From Campylobacter concisus (lineage in GTDB: Bacteria; Campylobacterota; Campylobacteria; Campylobacterales; Campylobacteraceae), in NCBI GenBank assembly GCA_963516555.1, contig CAUQCU010000001.1, forward strand, positions 1 to 52,823: a DNA stretch of 52,823 bases, read 5' to 3'. Position numbers and translations under genes: made by a program. A model generated the notes under the pieces. It was not told the origin of the DNA. It made no database searches and saw only the letters and a program-made list of their open reading frames with translations. Shown here piece after piece: positions 39,236 through 49,162 of this stretch; position 1 is the first letter of the stretch, and each line of letters starts with the position of its first letter.

Positions 39236-39404
39236 ATTGCTCGTAAAATAAATATAAATTTATTCTTAAGAAAATATTTTTTTAAGCCTTGATTGTGTAG
39301 AATAGTTGCAACTTTACAAAAATGGCATAAAAATATCATATCAAAAAGATACAAAGCTAAATTTATAGAATAAAATAGCCTTAAATTTTTTGAAAGGATT
39401 TTAG

Positions 39405-40346
39405 ATGAAAACTACTTCTTTGACACTTGCTGGATTGCTTTTGGCAACAACACTTTCAGCAAAAGAATTTATCAGTATCGGCACTGGTGGCATGACAGGC
39501 ACGTACTATCCGATAGGTGGAGCGATCTGCCGCTTGGCAAACAAAAACACCGATGTAAAATGCTCTGTTCAATCAACTGGCGGCTCTGTTTATAACGTAA
39601 ATAACGTCCTTAAAAAAGAGCTTACTTTTGGCTTTGTTCAAAGCGACGTCGTCTATGATAAATATAACGGCACTGGCAAATTTGACGGAGCAAAAGATGA
39701 AAATTTACGCTCAGTAGTTGCGATCTATCCAGAGCTTCTTGCATTTGTCGTAGCAAAAGATAGCGGTCTTACAAGCGATCTCTCTTCATTTGCGGGCAAA
39801 AAATACAACGTCGGAAACCCAGGCAGCGGCAACGAAGTGAGCACGCTTGAAGTCTTTAAAGCAAAAGGCTTTGATGTTTCAAAACTAGGATATCGCGGCG
39901 TTTTAACAGTTGGCGAATGCCCACACGCACTAAAAGATAAAAAGATAGATGGATATAGCTTTGTTGTCGGCCACCCAACCGCAAACATCACTGATGCTGC
40001 AACATCTTTGCCTATTGATATCCTAAACATCGAGGGTAGCGAGATCGATAACCTTCTTAAAGAAAAACCATACTTTGCAAAAGGTGTGATCCCAAAAGGC
40101 TCATATGATGGCGTCGATCACGATGTAAATACTATCGGCGTAAAAGCTGTTTTAGTAACTAGCAAAGATACAAAAGATGAGGCTGTAAAAGCTGTGATAA
40201 AAGCTATCTTAGATAACTTTGATGAGTATAAAACTCTTCACCCAGCGCTAAAATCAGTTAAAAAAGAAGATCTTGTTCAAGGTCTTTCAGCTCCGCTTCA
40301 CCCAGCTGCAGAGGCTGCGTTTAAAGAGGCAGGTATCTTAAAATAA
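39405..40346 (+). CDS. TAXI-family TRAP transporter solute-binding protein
   Basis: Signal peptide, IGTGGMTGTYYPIGGAI, STGGSVYN, GNPGSG, PLHPAA. Confidence 0.94.
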   Translation: MKTTSLTLAGLLLATTLSAKEFISIGTGGMTGTYYPIGGAICRLANKNTDVKCSVQSTGGSVYNVNNVLKKELTFGFVQSDVVYDKYNGTGKFDGAKDENLRSVVAIYPELLAFVVAKDSGLTSDLSSFAGKKYNVGNPGSGNEVSTLEVFKAKGFDVSKLGYRGVLTVGECPHALKDKKIDGYSFVVGHPTANITDAATSLPIDILNIEGSEIDNLLKEKPYFAKGVIPKGSYDGVDHDVNTIGVKAVLVTSKDTKDEAVKAVIKAILDNFDEYKTLHPALKSVKKEDLVQGLSAPLHPAAEAAFKEAGILK

Positions 40347-40352
40347 TCCATC

Positions 40353-40374
40353 TCCAGGGGCTTTTGCCTCTGGA
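40353..40374 (+). terminator. Intercistronic hairpin (partial terminator or mRNA stabiliser)
   Basis: TCCAGGGGC-tttt-GCCTCTGGA. Confidence 0.55.
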
Positions 40375-40433
40375 TAAAATTTAAATATGCAAATTTCTTC
40401 TAAATTTATATATTTAAATTTTAAAGGAGAGAG

Positions 40434-42500
40434 ATGAACGAAGTTAATGACAACGAAGAACAATTTGTCGAAGTAAAGACAAGAGAGATAAATAGCAATT
40501 TTTACAACTATTTCATCGCATTTGCGTGTTTCTCTTGGTCGGTTTTTCAGCTTTATATAGCGTATTTCCCACTAAATACTAACATTTCACGCTCTATTCA
40601 CCTAGCTTTTGCGGTTGGGCTTGTATTTTTGCTCTATCCAGTCACTTTTCATAAAAAGGCTCACTCAAGTTTGCCACTTTACGACCTAGTTTTTTGCGTG
40701 GTAGGCGTTGTTGCCGTGCTTTATCCAGCGGTTTATTTTTATGAGCTAGCTGATAGGACAGGGGATTATATCACTCAAGATATCGTCATATCGTTTTTGG
40801 CGATCATCGTATTACTTGAGGCTGGCAGGCGTGTCATGGGACCAGCACTTCCTATCATTTGTATATTATTTTTGATATATGATCACTTTGGTCCTTATAT
40901 GCCAGACATCATCGCTCATCAAGGCGCTAGCTTTGAAAAGATCGCAGGACACATGTTTTTGACGACTGAGGGCGTCTTTGGCGTGCCTATTGGCGTTAGC
41001 GTTAGTTTTATCTACCTTTTTGTTCTTTTTGGCTCACTACTTGAGCGAGCAGGCGCTGGACAATACTTCATAAATTTAGCCTTTTCTCTTCTTGGCAAAT
41101 ATAGAGGCGGCCCAGCTAAGGCTTCAGTCATCGCAAGTGGCCTAACTGGCATGGTTTCAGGTAGCTCAACAGCAAACGTCGTAACCGTTGGTACATTTAC
41201 CATACCACTTATGAAAAAAGCTGGCCTTTCACGCACAAAAGCTGGAGCTATCGAGGTTGCAGCTGGTGTAAATGGACAGCTCATGCCACCTATCATGGGT
41301 GCGGCTGCTTTTATCATCGCTGAGTTTTTGGGCATGACATATACAAATGTGATGATGGCAGCGGTTATCCCAGCATTTGCTTGTTATTTGTCGCTATTTT
41401 TCATCGTGCATTTAGAGAGCGTCAAACTTGGACTAAAGGGCATAAATCAGAGTGAATTTCACTCAAGATTTAAAATTTTTGTTAGCGGTCTTCACTATAT
41501 AACGCCGATCTTGATTTTACTTTATACGCTTTTAATCGCAAAAGAGTCAGCCATAGCCGCAGCTTTTAATGCGATAGGATTTTTATTTTTGATAATGATC
41601 TTTCAAGAGCCAACTAAAAAGTTAGCTTCAGGCGAAAAAGTGGGGCTAAACGATGTACTTCTTGGCTTTGAGGATATATTTTGGGCGATGGTCGCAGCTG
41701 CAAAGAGCATGACTACAATAGCCATCGCAACCGCGCTTGCAGGCATCATCGTGGGCTCTATCTCGCTAACTGGCCTTGGTCAAGTACTTTCTGATCTAGT
41801 CGAGCTTCTAGCGGGCGATAACATCATGATGATACTACTTTTAACGGCTCTTATGTCGCTCATCCTTGGTATGGGACTTCCAACAACGGCAAACTACATC
41901 GTCGTCTCAAGTCTTGTTGCGCCAGTTATCTTGTTTTTAGCGCATAAAAATGGCTTCTTGATCCCAGCCATCGCCGTGCATCTTTTTGTATTTTACTTTG
42001 GAATTTTGGCTGATGATACGCCACCAGTTGGTATCGCAGCCTACGCAGCAGCGGGCATTGCCAAGGCAAATCCAATAACCGTTGGCGTGCAAGGATTTTT
42101 TTATGATCTAAGAACAGCGATCTTGCCATTTGCCTTTTTCTTTAACAACAAACTTATGCTTATTGAGAGCGTAAATACGAGCGATCCGCTTGATTCAAAA
42201 GGGATAGTCTGGATGAGCAATCCGCTTGAAATTTTACTTGTATTTGGCATGGCGATCGTGGGAATGTTTGCCTTTTCTAGCTTGCTGCAAGGCTACTACG
42301 TCACAAAGCTTAGGATTTGGGAGAGGGTGCTACTTATCCCTGTCGTGCCACTAGCTCTTGTGCCAAATATCTGCGTGAAATTTGGTCTGATGCCAAACGA
42401 ATACACAGCCTACATCGTGGCAGCTGCTCTTTATGGCTTTGTCTTTATGACTCAGTGGGGCATAAAAGATAAACCACTTGATCAAATAAGAGCGATATAA
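40434..42500 (+). CDS. TRAP transporter fused 4TM/12TM permease
   Basis: GVFGVPIGVS, GGPAKASV, SGSSTANV, GQLMPPIMGAAAF, GMGLPTTANY, TPPV. Confidence 0.95.
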   Translation: MNEVNDNEEQFVEVKTREINSNFYNYFIAFACFSWSVFQLYIAYFPLNTNISRSIHLAFAVGLVFLLYPVTFHKKAHSSLPLYDLVFCVVGVVAVLYPAVYFYELADRTGDYITQDIVISFLAIIVLLEAGRRVMGPALPIICILFLIYDHFGPYMPDIIAHQGASFEKIAGHMFLTTEGVFGVPIGVSVSFIYLFVLFGSLLERAGAGQYFINLAFSLLGKYRGGPAKASVIASGLTGMVSGSSTANVVTVGTFTIPLMKKAGLSRTKAGAIEVAAGVNGQLMPPIMGAAAFIIAEFLGMTYTNVMMAAVIPAFACYLSLFFIVHLESVKLGLKGINQSEFHSRFKIFVSGLHYITPILILLYTLLIAKESAIAAAFNAIGFLFLIMIFQEPTKKLASGEKVGLNDVLLGFEDIFWAMVAAAKSMTTIAIATALAGIIVGSISLTGLGQVLSDLVELLAGDNIMMILLLTALMSLILGMGLPTTANYIVVSSLVAPVILFLAHKNGFLIPAIAVHLFVFYFGILADDTPPVGIAAYAAAGIAKANPITVGVQGFFYDLRTAILPFAFFFNNKLMLIESVNTSDPLDSKGIVWMSNPLEILLVFGMAIVGMFAFSSLLQGYYVTKLRIWERVLLIPVVPLALVPNICVKFGLMPNEYTAYIVAAALYGFVFMTQWGIKDKPLDQIRAI

Positions 42501-42501
42501 A

Positions 42502-42527
42502 TTTAGGCAAGAGCTCTCTTGCCTAAA
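42502..42527 (+). terminator. Terminator of the TRAP operon
   Basis: TTTAGGCAAGAG-ct-CTCTTGCCTAAA. Confidence 0.75.
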
Positions 42528-42575
42528 CTTTTAAATTTATTTATAAATTTCTATTGATTTTGTAAAAAGTGAGAA

Positions 42576-42596
42576 TTTAGGCTTTAAAAGCCTAAA
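42576..42596 (-). terminator. Terminator of the Sel1-repeat gene
   Basis: TTTAGGCTTT-a-AAAGCCTAAA, directly after the stop at 42599. Confidence 0.65.
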
Positions 42597-42598
42597 GA

Positions 42599-43084
42599 TC
42601 AAAGTTGTTTTGAGCGTTTCAGGTCGCCTGCAAACTCGCAAGCGAGCTTATCGCTTAGCTTGCAGCCTTTTACTAAGAATGTGTAAGCCTCTTTAAATTT
42701 CTTAGCTTCTATTAATATCGAGCCCATCATCGCGCAAGAGTAGCCGTCATTTTGCTCGCAAGCTTTATTAAAAAGCTCTCTTGCTTTTTGCGGATCGCTA
42801 TTTAGATAAATTCCGCCAGCTGCCGTGCAACCCTCTTTTTCGCCGCCTTGGCAAGCTTTATTGTAAAGCTCTAGCACTTTGTTACTATCTGGCGTGTCAG
42901 TTTTGTCAAGCTGATAGATCGCACCTGCTTTTAGGCATGATCTTGCGTCATTTGCCACGCAACCTGCTTCAAATTTAGCCAAGGCCTCTTTGAAATTTGA
43001 GCCTGCATAAGCTCTCAAGCCATCTTCAAAGTCGCTTGCTAGAGTGCAAGCTGCAAGAAGCGAGATAAAAATCATCTTTTTCAT
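42599..43084 (-). CDS. Secreted cysteine-rich Sel1-repeat protein (Hcp-like)
   Basis: Start revised to ATG 43084 (AAGGA RBS; TGATAAAAT -10 at 43122-43114). Signal peptide and repeated K(A/G)C-x7-C units. Confidence 0.85.
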   Translation of the reverse strand: MKKMIFISLLAACTLASDFEDGLRAYAGSNFKEALAKFEAGCVANDARSCLKAGAIYQLDKTDTPDSNKVLELYNKACQGGEKEGCTAAGGIYLNSDPQKARELFNKACEQNDGYSCAMMGSILIEAKKFKEAYTFLVKGCKLSDKLACEFAGDLKRSKQL

Positions 43085-43154
43085 CAAATTTTCCTTTTGT
43101 AAAGTAATATGCAATTTTATCATATTAAATTTACACTTACTTGATGAAAAATAA

Positions 43155-43817
43155 TTATGATTTTAAAATTTGCTCTTGCTCTTTGTAATCAGGCATGATG
43201 GCCTCTATAAATTTATAAAAGCTGCTTTGATGATGCGGGTAGAGTAGGTGGGTGAGCTCGTGAAGTACGACGTAGCGCACGGCTGAGAGCGGCTTTTCGA
43301 TGAGCCTTAGGCTTAAGTTTATATAGCCTTTTTTATGGTTGCAGCTCCCCCAGCGAGTTTTGCTATTTCGTATGACGATGCGACTAACTGGCTTGTTGAT
43401 ACGAGGCTGATAGTAGCTTACAAGCTCTAAAAATAGCTCTTTTGCCCTTGCTTTTATAAAGCGCTCAAGCGCCTTTAAATTTGGCGTTATGATAAATTTA
43501 TCTTCAAAAAATGGCTCTTTTACGCTCTCATCAAATTTGATCTTGTAAATTTCTCCAAGAAACCTTATCTCATCATCTTTTGGTAAATTTAAAAGAGCTT
43601 TTTTATAGGAATTTTCAAGCCAAATTTTATGGCTCTCTAAAAATGCCAGAGCCATCTTTTGTGTGCTGTAAAATGGCATAGAAAGCGTGATCTTAGCGTC
43701 CTTGCCAACTCTTAGGCGCATAGCTCTTACATTCGTTTTAAAATTTACTAAAACGCTTAAACCATAAAAGTCTAAATTTAGGCTCTTTTGCCTCAAACTA
43801 AGCGTTTTGACTGCCAT
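43155..43817 (-). CDS. YgjP/DUF45 (M48/SprT-like) zinc-dependent hydrolase
   Basis: KTRWGSC, INLS, YVVLHELTHL, H...FY...MPDY. Probable start at MAVKT (43817). Confidence 0.85.
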   Translation of the reverse strand: MAVKTLSLRQKSLNLDFYGLSVLVNFKTNVRAMRLRVGKDAKITLSMPFYSTQKMALAFLESHKIWLENSYKKALLNLPKDDEIRFLGEIYKIKFDESVKEPFFEDKFIITPNLKALERFIKARAKELFLELVSYYQPRINKPVSRIVIRNSKTRWGSCNHKKGYINLSLRLIEKPLSAVRYVVLHELTHLLYPHHQSSFYKFIEAIMPDYKEQEQILKS

Positions 43818-45112
43818 TTTTTGCTTCTCCAGCGCCAGGTATTTGCAAGGCCTCTTAGCCACTCATCAGCGCAAAATCCTATCCAAACGCCAACGATGCC
43901 CCAGCCAAGGTGTATGCCTAAGAAATATCCAAGCGGCAGCGAAAGCCCCCACATAAAGATAAGCCCAGTCGCTAGCGGGAATTTCGCGTCGCCACTTGCA
44001 CGAAGGGCATTTACGATGACGATGTTAAAGGTTCTGCCAGCCTCTAGCACGATCGAGAGCGTAAAGAGTGGTAGCATTATCTTGCGCAAGTTCTCATCCA
44101 AATTTAGTGCGTCCATGATCTTATACTTTAAGGCGTAGGCGATCAAAACGACGATGAGCGTGATAGAAATTCCAAGCCACAAGGCTTTAAAGGTTCTGGT
44201 ATAAGCCTCGTTAAACTCGCTTGCTCCAACCAAATGTCCTACGATGACCTCGTTTGCCACGCTGATACTTGCTCCACAAAGCAAGATGAGAAGCGTGATC
44301 TGAAAGTAGATAGTCTGCACGCTAAGAGTTGCCTCGCCCATGCTCGCGATAAAGCCAAAAGCGACCATGTATTGCGCCATCCAGAGTAAATTTTCGCCAG
44401 CGCTTGGCAAGCCAACTGAGAGTATTTTCTTTAAAATTCCAAACGGCACGACAAGCAGTTTGCTAAGATAAATTCTAACTTTTGCCACGCGTATGAGCAT
44501 ATAAAGTAGAACAAAAACGCCTATTAGCCTGCCTACAAATGTCGAGATAGCGACTCCTTGCAGGCCTAAATTTGGCAGATCAAACCAGCCAAAAAGGGCG
44601 ATGGCATTGCCAAAGATGGTGATGATGTTCATCAAAACCGAAGTTAGCATCACAGCAGTTGCTAGATTATAGACGCGAAGCACCGCAGCTAGCACCATGC
44701 CGATGCCATCAAATAGCAATGCAAAGCCAAGGATGTGAAGGTATGAGAAGCTATCGTTTATGAGATCACTTGGCACGTTTAGTAAATTTAAGATGTTGTA
44801 GCCAAAGACGTAGATGATGATGGCTGAAAAGATGCCAAAGACCGTATTTGACGTGATGCTTGCGTGTATGACGCTTGAAGCTAGCTCGTTTTGCTTTGCT
44901 CCAAGTGCTTGTGCGACGACGACTGAGCAGCCCATGCTTAAAAAGTTAAAAATGGTCATAAAAAGGTCCATCACTTGATTGCCCGCACCCATGGCGCCAA
45001 CTAGATGCACGCTCACTTTTGTCACCATGTAGGTGTTTATGATAAGCGTTATAAAGTGCAAAAACATATCTAAAAATATAGGGACGACCAGTTTTTTCAT
45101 AGAAAGGTTCAT
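43793..45112 (-). CDS. MATE family efflux transporter
   Basis: Start revised to ATG 45112 (AAGGAG RBS). 12 TMs, VAQALGA, LGLQGVAIST, GHLVGA, LRASGD. Confidence 0.93.
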   Translation of the reverse strand: MNLSMKKLVVPIFLDMFLHFITLIINTYMVTKVSVHLVGAMGAGNQVMDLFMTIFNFLSMGCSVVVAQALGAKQNELASSVIHASITSNTVFGIFSAIIIYVFGYNILNLLNVPSDLINDSFSYLHILGFALLFDGIGMVLAAVLRVYNLATAVMLTSVLMNIITIFGNAIALFGWFDLPNLGLQGVAISTFVGRLIGVFVLLYMLIRVAKVRIYLSKLLVVPFGILKKILSVGLPSAGENLLWMAQYMVAFGFIASMGEATLSVQTIYFQITLLILLCGASISVANEVIVGHLVGASEFNEAYTRTFKALWLGISITLIVVLIAYALKYKIMDALNLDENLRKIMLPLFTLSIVLEAGRTFNIVIVNALRASGDAKFPLATGLIFMWGLSLPLGYFLGIHLGWGIVGVWIGFCADEWLRGLANTWRWRSKKWQSKRLV

Positions 45113-45140
45113 AAATTTCTCCTTTTTTAAATTTTGGGCG

Positions 45141-45180
45141 ATTATAGCCAAATTAGGTTTTAGCTCCCTTTTGATATAAT
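45141..45180. promoter_or_regulatory. Back-to-back -10 boxes for the MATE and ABC-F genes
   Basis: Minus-strand TATAAT at 45146-45141 and plus-strand TGaTATAAT at 45172-45180. Confidence 0.6.
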
Positions 45181-45207
45181 CCAAAAAATTTAAAATTTGA
45201 GAGAAAA

Positions 45208-47139
45208 ATGGCATTAATCGACCTAATAGACGTAAGTAAAAAATTTGGCGCAAATGAAATTTTAAACAGCGTAAGCCTTAGCGTAAATGAAAATGAAAAG
45301 ATAGCGATCATCGGCAAAAATGGCAGCGGCAAGAGCACGCTTATGAAGATCATCTCTGGCGAGGTGGCAGCAGATAGCGGCAGACGCATAGTTCAGAGCT
45401 TGATAAGCGTCGAGATGCTAGCGCAAAATCCAAATTTTAACGCCACATTTAGCGTAAGAGATGCGTTAAATAACGAGCTAAAAGAGATATTTGACGCGAT
45501 AAGTGAGTATGAAAAAAGTGGCATCTTGCTAGCAAATGAGCCTGAAAACAGAGAAATTTTAAAAGAGCAAGAGAGGCTTTTAAAATTTATAGAGGCAAAG
45601 GATGGCTGGAATATCGAGCATAAGATCGAGCGAATTTTGCAAGAATTTAAGCTAAAAGAGTATGAAAACAGACCCATTTGCTCGCTAAGTGGTGGCGAGA
45701 TCCGCCGTGTGGCACTGGGCGCGCTCATCCTTAAAAAGCCAGATGTGCTGCTGCTTGACGAGCCGACAAACCACCTTGATGTCTATATGGTCAAATTTCT
45801 TGAAGATATGCTTAAAAGCTCAAATCAAAGCATAGTTTTTATAAGCCACGATAGGTATTTTATCGATGCGCTCGCTACTAGGTGCGTTGAGGTCGAGGAT
45901 GCATGCTTAAAAAATTTTGAGGGCGGATATGCAAACTATCTAACCAAAAAAGAGGAAATTTTAGCAAGCCTTGCAAAGTCGCATGAGACACTGCTAAAAC
46001 AACTAAAGGCCGAAGAAGAGTGGCTAAGGCGTGGCGTAAAAGCTAGGCTAAAGCGAAACGAGGGCAGAAAAGAGCGGGTGCTCGCCATGCGCGAGGAGGC
46101 CAAGAAAAATCCAGGTGTGATAAGACGCGTGAGGCTAGAGCTTGAGCGTGCCAGTAAAAATTTCAACCAAACGCAGAGCCAAAACCGCAAAAAAATGCTC
46201 TTTGAGTTTAAAAATTTAGGCAAAAGTATAGACGGCAAGGTGCTTTTTGAGAAATTTGACGCAAGAATCTTGCAGGGCGAGAGGATCGCCATAGTGGGGC
46301 GAAATGGCAGTGGCAAAAGCACTTTGCTTAAAATTTTGCTAGGCCTTGAAAAGCCAAGTAGCGGCGAGATAAAAAGAGGCGAGGTGAGTATCGGCTATTT
46401 TGACCAAGCTAGAAATGTCCTTGATGATGACAAGAGCCTTATAGAGACATTTTGCCCAAATGGTGGCGACCACGTGCTAGTTCGTGGGCGAAATATGCAC
46501 GTTTATGGCTATCTTAAAAATTTCCTCTTTCCAAAGGAATTTTTAGATAAAAAGATAGGCGTTTTAAGTGGCGGCGAGAAAAATCGCGTCGCGCTTGCGA
46601 TGCTTTTTACCAAAACCTACGATGTGCTGGTGCTTGACGAGCCGACAAACGACCTTGATATCGCAACTATCAACATCTTAGAAGACTACTTGCAAAGCTT
46701 TGAAGGGGCTATCTTGCTAGTTAGTCACGATAGATATTTTGTCGATAAGATGGCAAATAAGCTCTGGGCGTTTGAAGGGACAAAGATAAATGTCTTGCAC
46801 GAGGAGTATAGCGTCTATTTGGAGCTTGAAGATGAGATGAAAGAGCTTGATAAATTTGAAAAAGAGCTAGCAAATAGCCAAAATGAAGCCAAGCAAAAGA
46901 GTAAAACCGGCGCAAAACTAAGCTACAAGCAAACGCAAATTTTAAACACATATCCAGATAAAATTTCAGCCCTTGAAGCAAGAGTGGCTGAGCTAAACGA
47001 GGGGCTTAGTGATCCAAAAATTTATCAAGAAGTGGGGCTTACTAAGCTTTATGAAGAGCTTGAAAGTGCAAAAGCTGAGCTTGAAAACCTAGAAAATGAG
47101 TATTTTGAAGTTTTGGAGATCGCCGAGGAGCTAGAGTAG
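45208..47139 (+). CDS. uup: ABC-F family ATPase, Uup-like
   Basis: Two ABC cassettes (GKNGSGKST and GRNGSGKST, LSGGE, DEPTN), linker WLRRGVKARLKRNEGR, C-terminal KLSYK coiled coil, no TM. Confidence 0.85.
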   Translation: MALIDLIDVSKKFGANEILNSVSLSVNENEKIAIIGKNGSGKSTLMKIISGEVAADSGRRIVQSLISVEMLAQNPNFNATFSVRDALNNELKEIFDAISEYEKSGILLANEPENREILKEQERLLKFIEAKDGWNIEHKIERILQEFKLKEYENRPICSLSGGEIRRVALGALILKKPDVLLLDEPTNHLDVYMVKFLEDMLKSSNQSIVFISHDRYFIDALATRCVEVEDACLKNFEGGYANYLTKKEEILASLAKSHETLLKQLKAEEEWLRRGVKARLKRNEGRKERVLAMREEAKKNPGVIRRVRLELERASKNFNQTQSQNRKKMLFEFKNLGKSIDGKVLFEKFDARILQGERIAIVGRNGSGKSTLLKILLGLEKPSSGEIKRGEVSIGYFDQARNVLDDDKSLIETFCPNGGDHVLVRGRNMHVYGYLKNFLFPKEFLDKKIGVLSGGEKNRVALAMLFTKTYDVLVLDEPTNDLDIATINILEDYLQSFEGAILLVSHDRYFVDKMANKLWAFEGTKINVLHEEYSVYLELEDEMKELDKFEKELANSQNEAKQKSKTGAKLSYKQTQILNTYPDKISALEARVAELNEGLSDPKIYQEVGLTKLYEELESAKAELENLENEYFEVLEIAEELE

Positions 47140-47140
47140 C

Positions 47141-47575
47141 TTGAAAAAGATCGGTAGGATAAGCGCGCTAAATACGAGAGTTGTTAGGCAAAATTCTGTT
47201 GTAAGCCTTAGTATTATCGTTGATAAGATGAGGTTTAGTGAGACATTTTCGCCTAAAATATATAAATATGAAGTAGGTGATCTAGTCCGGATAAAATATA
47301 AAAAGGTTGGGTTTTTAAATAAGATAGAGACTATTAGGCTAATCGCAAAAAACAGCGAAGAGTCAGGGCTTTTTGCAAGGATTAAAAATTTATTTTTTAT
47401 GATTATGTTTTTTTGCTTTTCTCTTTTTTTGTTGATGGTGATTTATTATGTGGTTTTGAAGAAATTTAGTATTATTGGAGCTATTTTGGCATTATATGCT
47501 GTTTGGCTACTAAATACAGCAGTTAGGATAGTATATTATAGGCTTATGATTTTTAGATATTTTATATTTGGATAG
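47141..47575 (+). CDS. Hypothetical protein, soluble N-domain plus two C-terminal TMs
   Basis: TTG start right after the uup stop; YEVGDLVRIKY motif; AT-rich. Confidence 0.65.
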   Translation: MKKIGRISALNTRVVRQNSVVSLSIIVDKMRFSETFSPKIYKYEVGDLVRIKYKKVGFLNKIETIRLIAKNSEESGLFARIKNLFFMIMFFCFSLFLLMVIYYVVLKKFSIIGAILALYAVWLLNTAVRIVYYRLMIFRYFIFG

Positions 47576-47650
47576 AACTTTGAAATTTAAATTTATGAAA
47601 GGTTTTTGCGCCATGATGAGGTCGCTAAATTTGTTTGAAATGGGGCTAAA

Positions 47651-49162
47651 ATGCTAAAAAAACATCCGCTAATCTCAGTAATAATCGCTATTGTTGTGAT
47701 ATTTTTTGCTACCTACTTTTTTATCTTTGGTTTGACTACTATTTTAGATGACGACATTGGCGATAGTAAAGAGCTAAATAATAGCTTTTTTTACGTCAAA
47801 GATGACAAGGTCTATGCCATGGTGCCAAGTGGCGGTAAATTTGAGCTAATAGGCGTGAGGGCCAGTAAATTTAGATACATTGACACTGGCAAATACGACA
47901 ACAGAAACGTTGGCGCTAGCGATAAGGCTGTATATTGTGGTAACCTTGTGATGAGTGGTCTTGATCCAAATGGCGTTAGGGCACTTGGTAATGGCTATTT
48001 TGGCGACGGCAAGGTGACATACTTTTGCGATAGTGAAAGCGAGACAAACCTCGAAATATCCGCACTTAAAGAGTTTTGGGACATCGTCTCACACAAAATG
48101 TTTAACACCCCAAAAGCGCAAACCCATATCTATAAATTTAGGCAGGTTGATAACGCAAATTTAGCAGCGATTTTGGGCTTTGGCTACGCAAGCGACGGAG
48201 TAAAAGTCTATCATGAGGGCAAAGAGCTAGATGGCGCAAATGCTAGCAAGATGCGTTATATCGAGCAGGTATCTGGTAGAAAGAGCATACATTTTACGAC
48301 TGACGGAGAAAATGTCTATTATGACAGCACAAAACTAAGGATCAAATTTAGCCCGCAAATGCGTGATATCGGCGAGATATGGCGCATTCACTATCTTTAT
48401 GAGCCAAATTCTGGCATGGTCTATGCAAACGATCATGAATTTGACCCAAAATTTGCCCCATACGAGCCACTTTTTAACCTAAAAGATGAGCACGCCTATC
48501 ATGCGCTCTTTCGTGGTAAAGGCGGGATCTATCACTGGGAGCGAAAGTGGCAGTGGTATAACAGCATAGATGAGGGCGAGTTTGTAAGGGACGGAGATGA
48601 TCCATTTAAAGGCGAGATAACGCCGCTATATGGCGACGTGGTGATAAGTGATGGCAAGACATATTTTCTAAAAACCTATGAAATTTGGCACAACACGAAA
48701 AATGATCACAGCCTAAGCTCACGCCACACGTGTATCGTAAGGCTTGATACAAAAGAACAGTGGCGAAAGATAGGGCTTGTAAGAAACGATGGTTACGGAG
48801 CAGTATATGCAAACGGAGATAAGACATATTATTTTGATAACGTCGGCTACGGCTGGCATTTTAACAGCAGTGTTTATGATATAAACGACCTTGGCGTGGT
48901 TGAAATTCTCACTCGTCCTTATGGTCCAAATGTTGAGAATTTAAAACTTGATGAGATAGTAAAAATGGTAGATCAAGGCGCTATGGTGCCAGCTGAGGGC
49001 GAGGTGGTGATCGATGCGATAAGCGACTTTGATGATTACTCGCAAAAATATGCCTACTGGATATTTCTTGCAATAGCATTTGTGGCCTCGGTAGTTGGCG
49101 CTATTTTTAAAAACAAAAAGCAAAAAAGCGAGCTTAAAAAAAGGGTGGATGATTATAGATAA
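47651..49162 (+). CDS. DKNYY-family membrane-anchored protein
   Basis: N- and C-terminal TMs with repeated (S/T)D(G/K)xxVYY-type units (SDKAVYC, GDGKVTYF, SDGVKVYH, TDGENVYY). Confidence 0.8.
   Translation: MLKKHPLISVIIAIVVIFFATYFFIFGLTTILDDDIGDSKELNNSFFYVKDDKVYAMVPSGGKFELIGVRASKFRYIDTGKYDNRNVGASDKAVYCGNLVMSGLDPNGVRALGNGYFGDGKVTYFCDSESETNLEISALKEFWDIVSHKMFNTPKAQTHIYKFRQVDNANLAAILGFGYASDGVKVYHEGKELDGANASKMRYIEQVSGRKSIHFTTDGENVYYDSTKLRIKFSPQMRDIGEIWRIHYLYEPNSGMVYANDHEFDPKFAPYEPLFNLKDEHAYHALFRGKGGIYHWERKWQWYNSIDEGEFVRDGDDPFKGEITPLYGDVVISDGKTYFLKTYEIWHNTKNDHSLSSRHTCIVRLDTKEQWRKIGLVRNDGYGAVYANGDKTYYFDNVGYGWHFNSSVYDINDLGVVEILTRPYGPNVENLKLDEIVKMVDQGAMVPAEGEVVIDAISDFDDYSQKYAYWIFLAIAFVASVVGAIFKNKKQKSELKKRVDDYR

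Noticed and set aside
43155..43817. YgjP-like gene as a marker of a defence system
   Set aside because: No restriction-modification or other defence genes are adjacent; it is coupled to a MATE gene.
45113..45253. Long N-terminal extension of MATE overlapping uup (also the ORF-track extensions of manC, gtrB, Sel1 and the zapB-like gene)
   Set aside because: Downstream ATGs have clear RBSs, and the extensions run through promoters or neighbouring genes.
47576..47650. Coding-like fragment (IYERFLRHDEVAKFV) between genes as a pseudogene remnant
   Set aside because: Only 15 codons and nothing recognisable; cannot be supported without a search.
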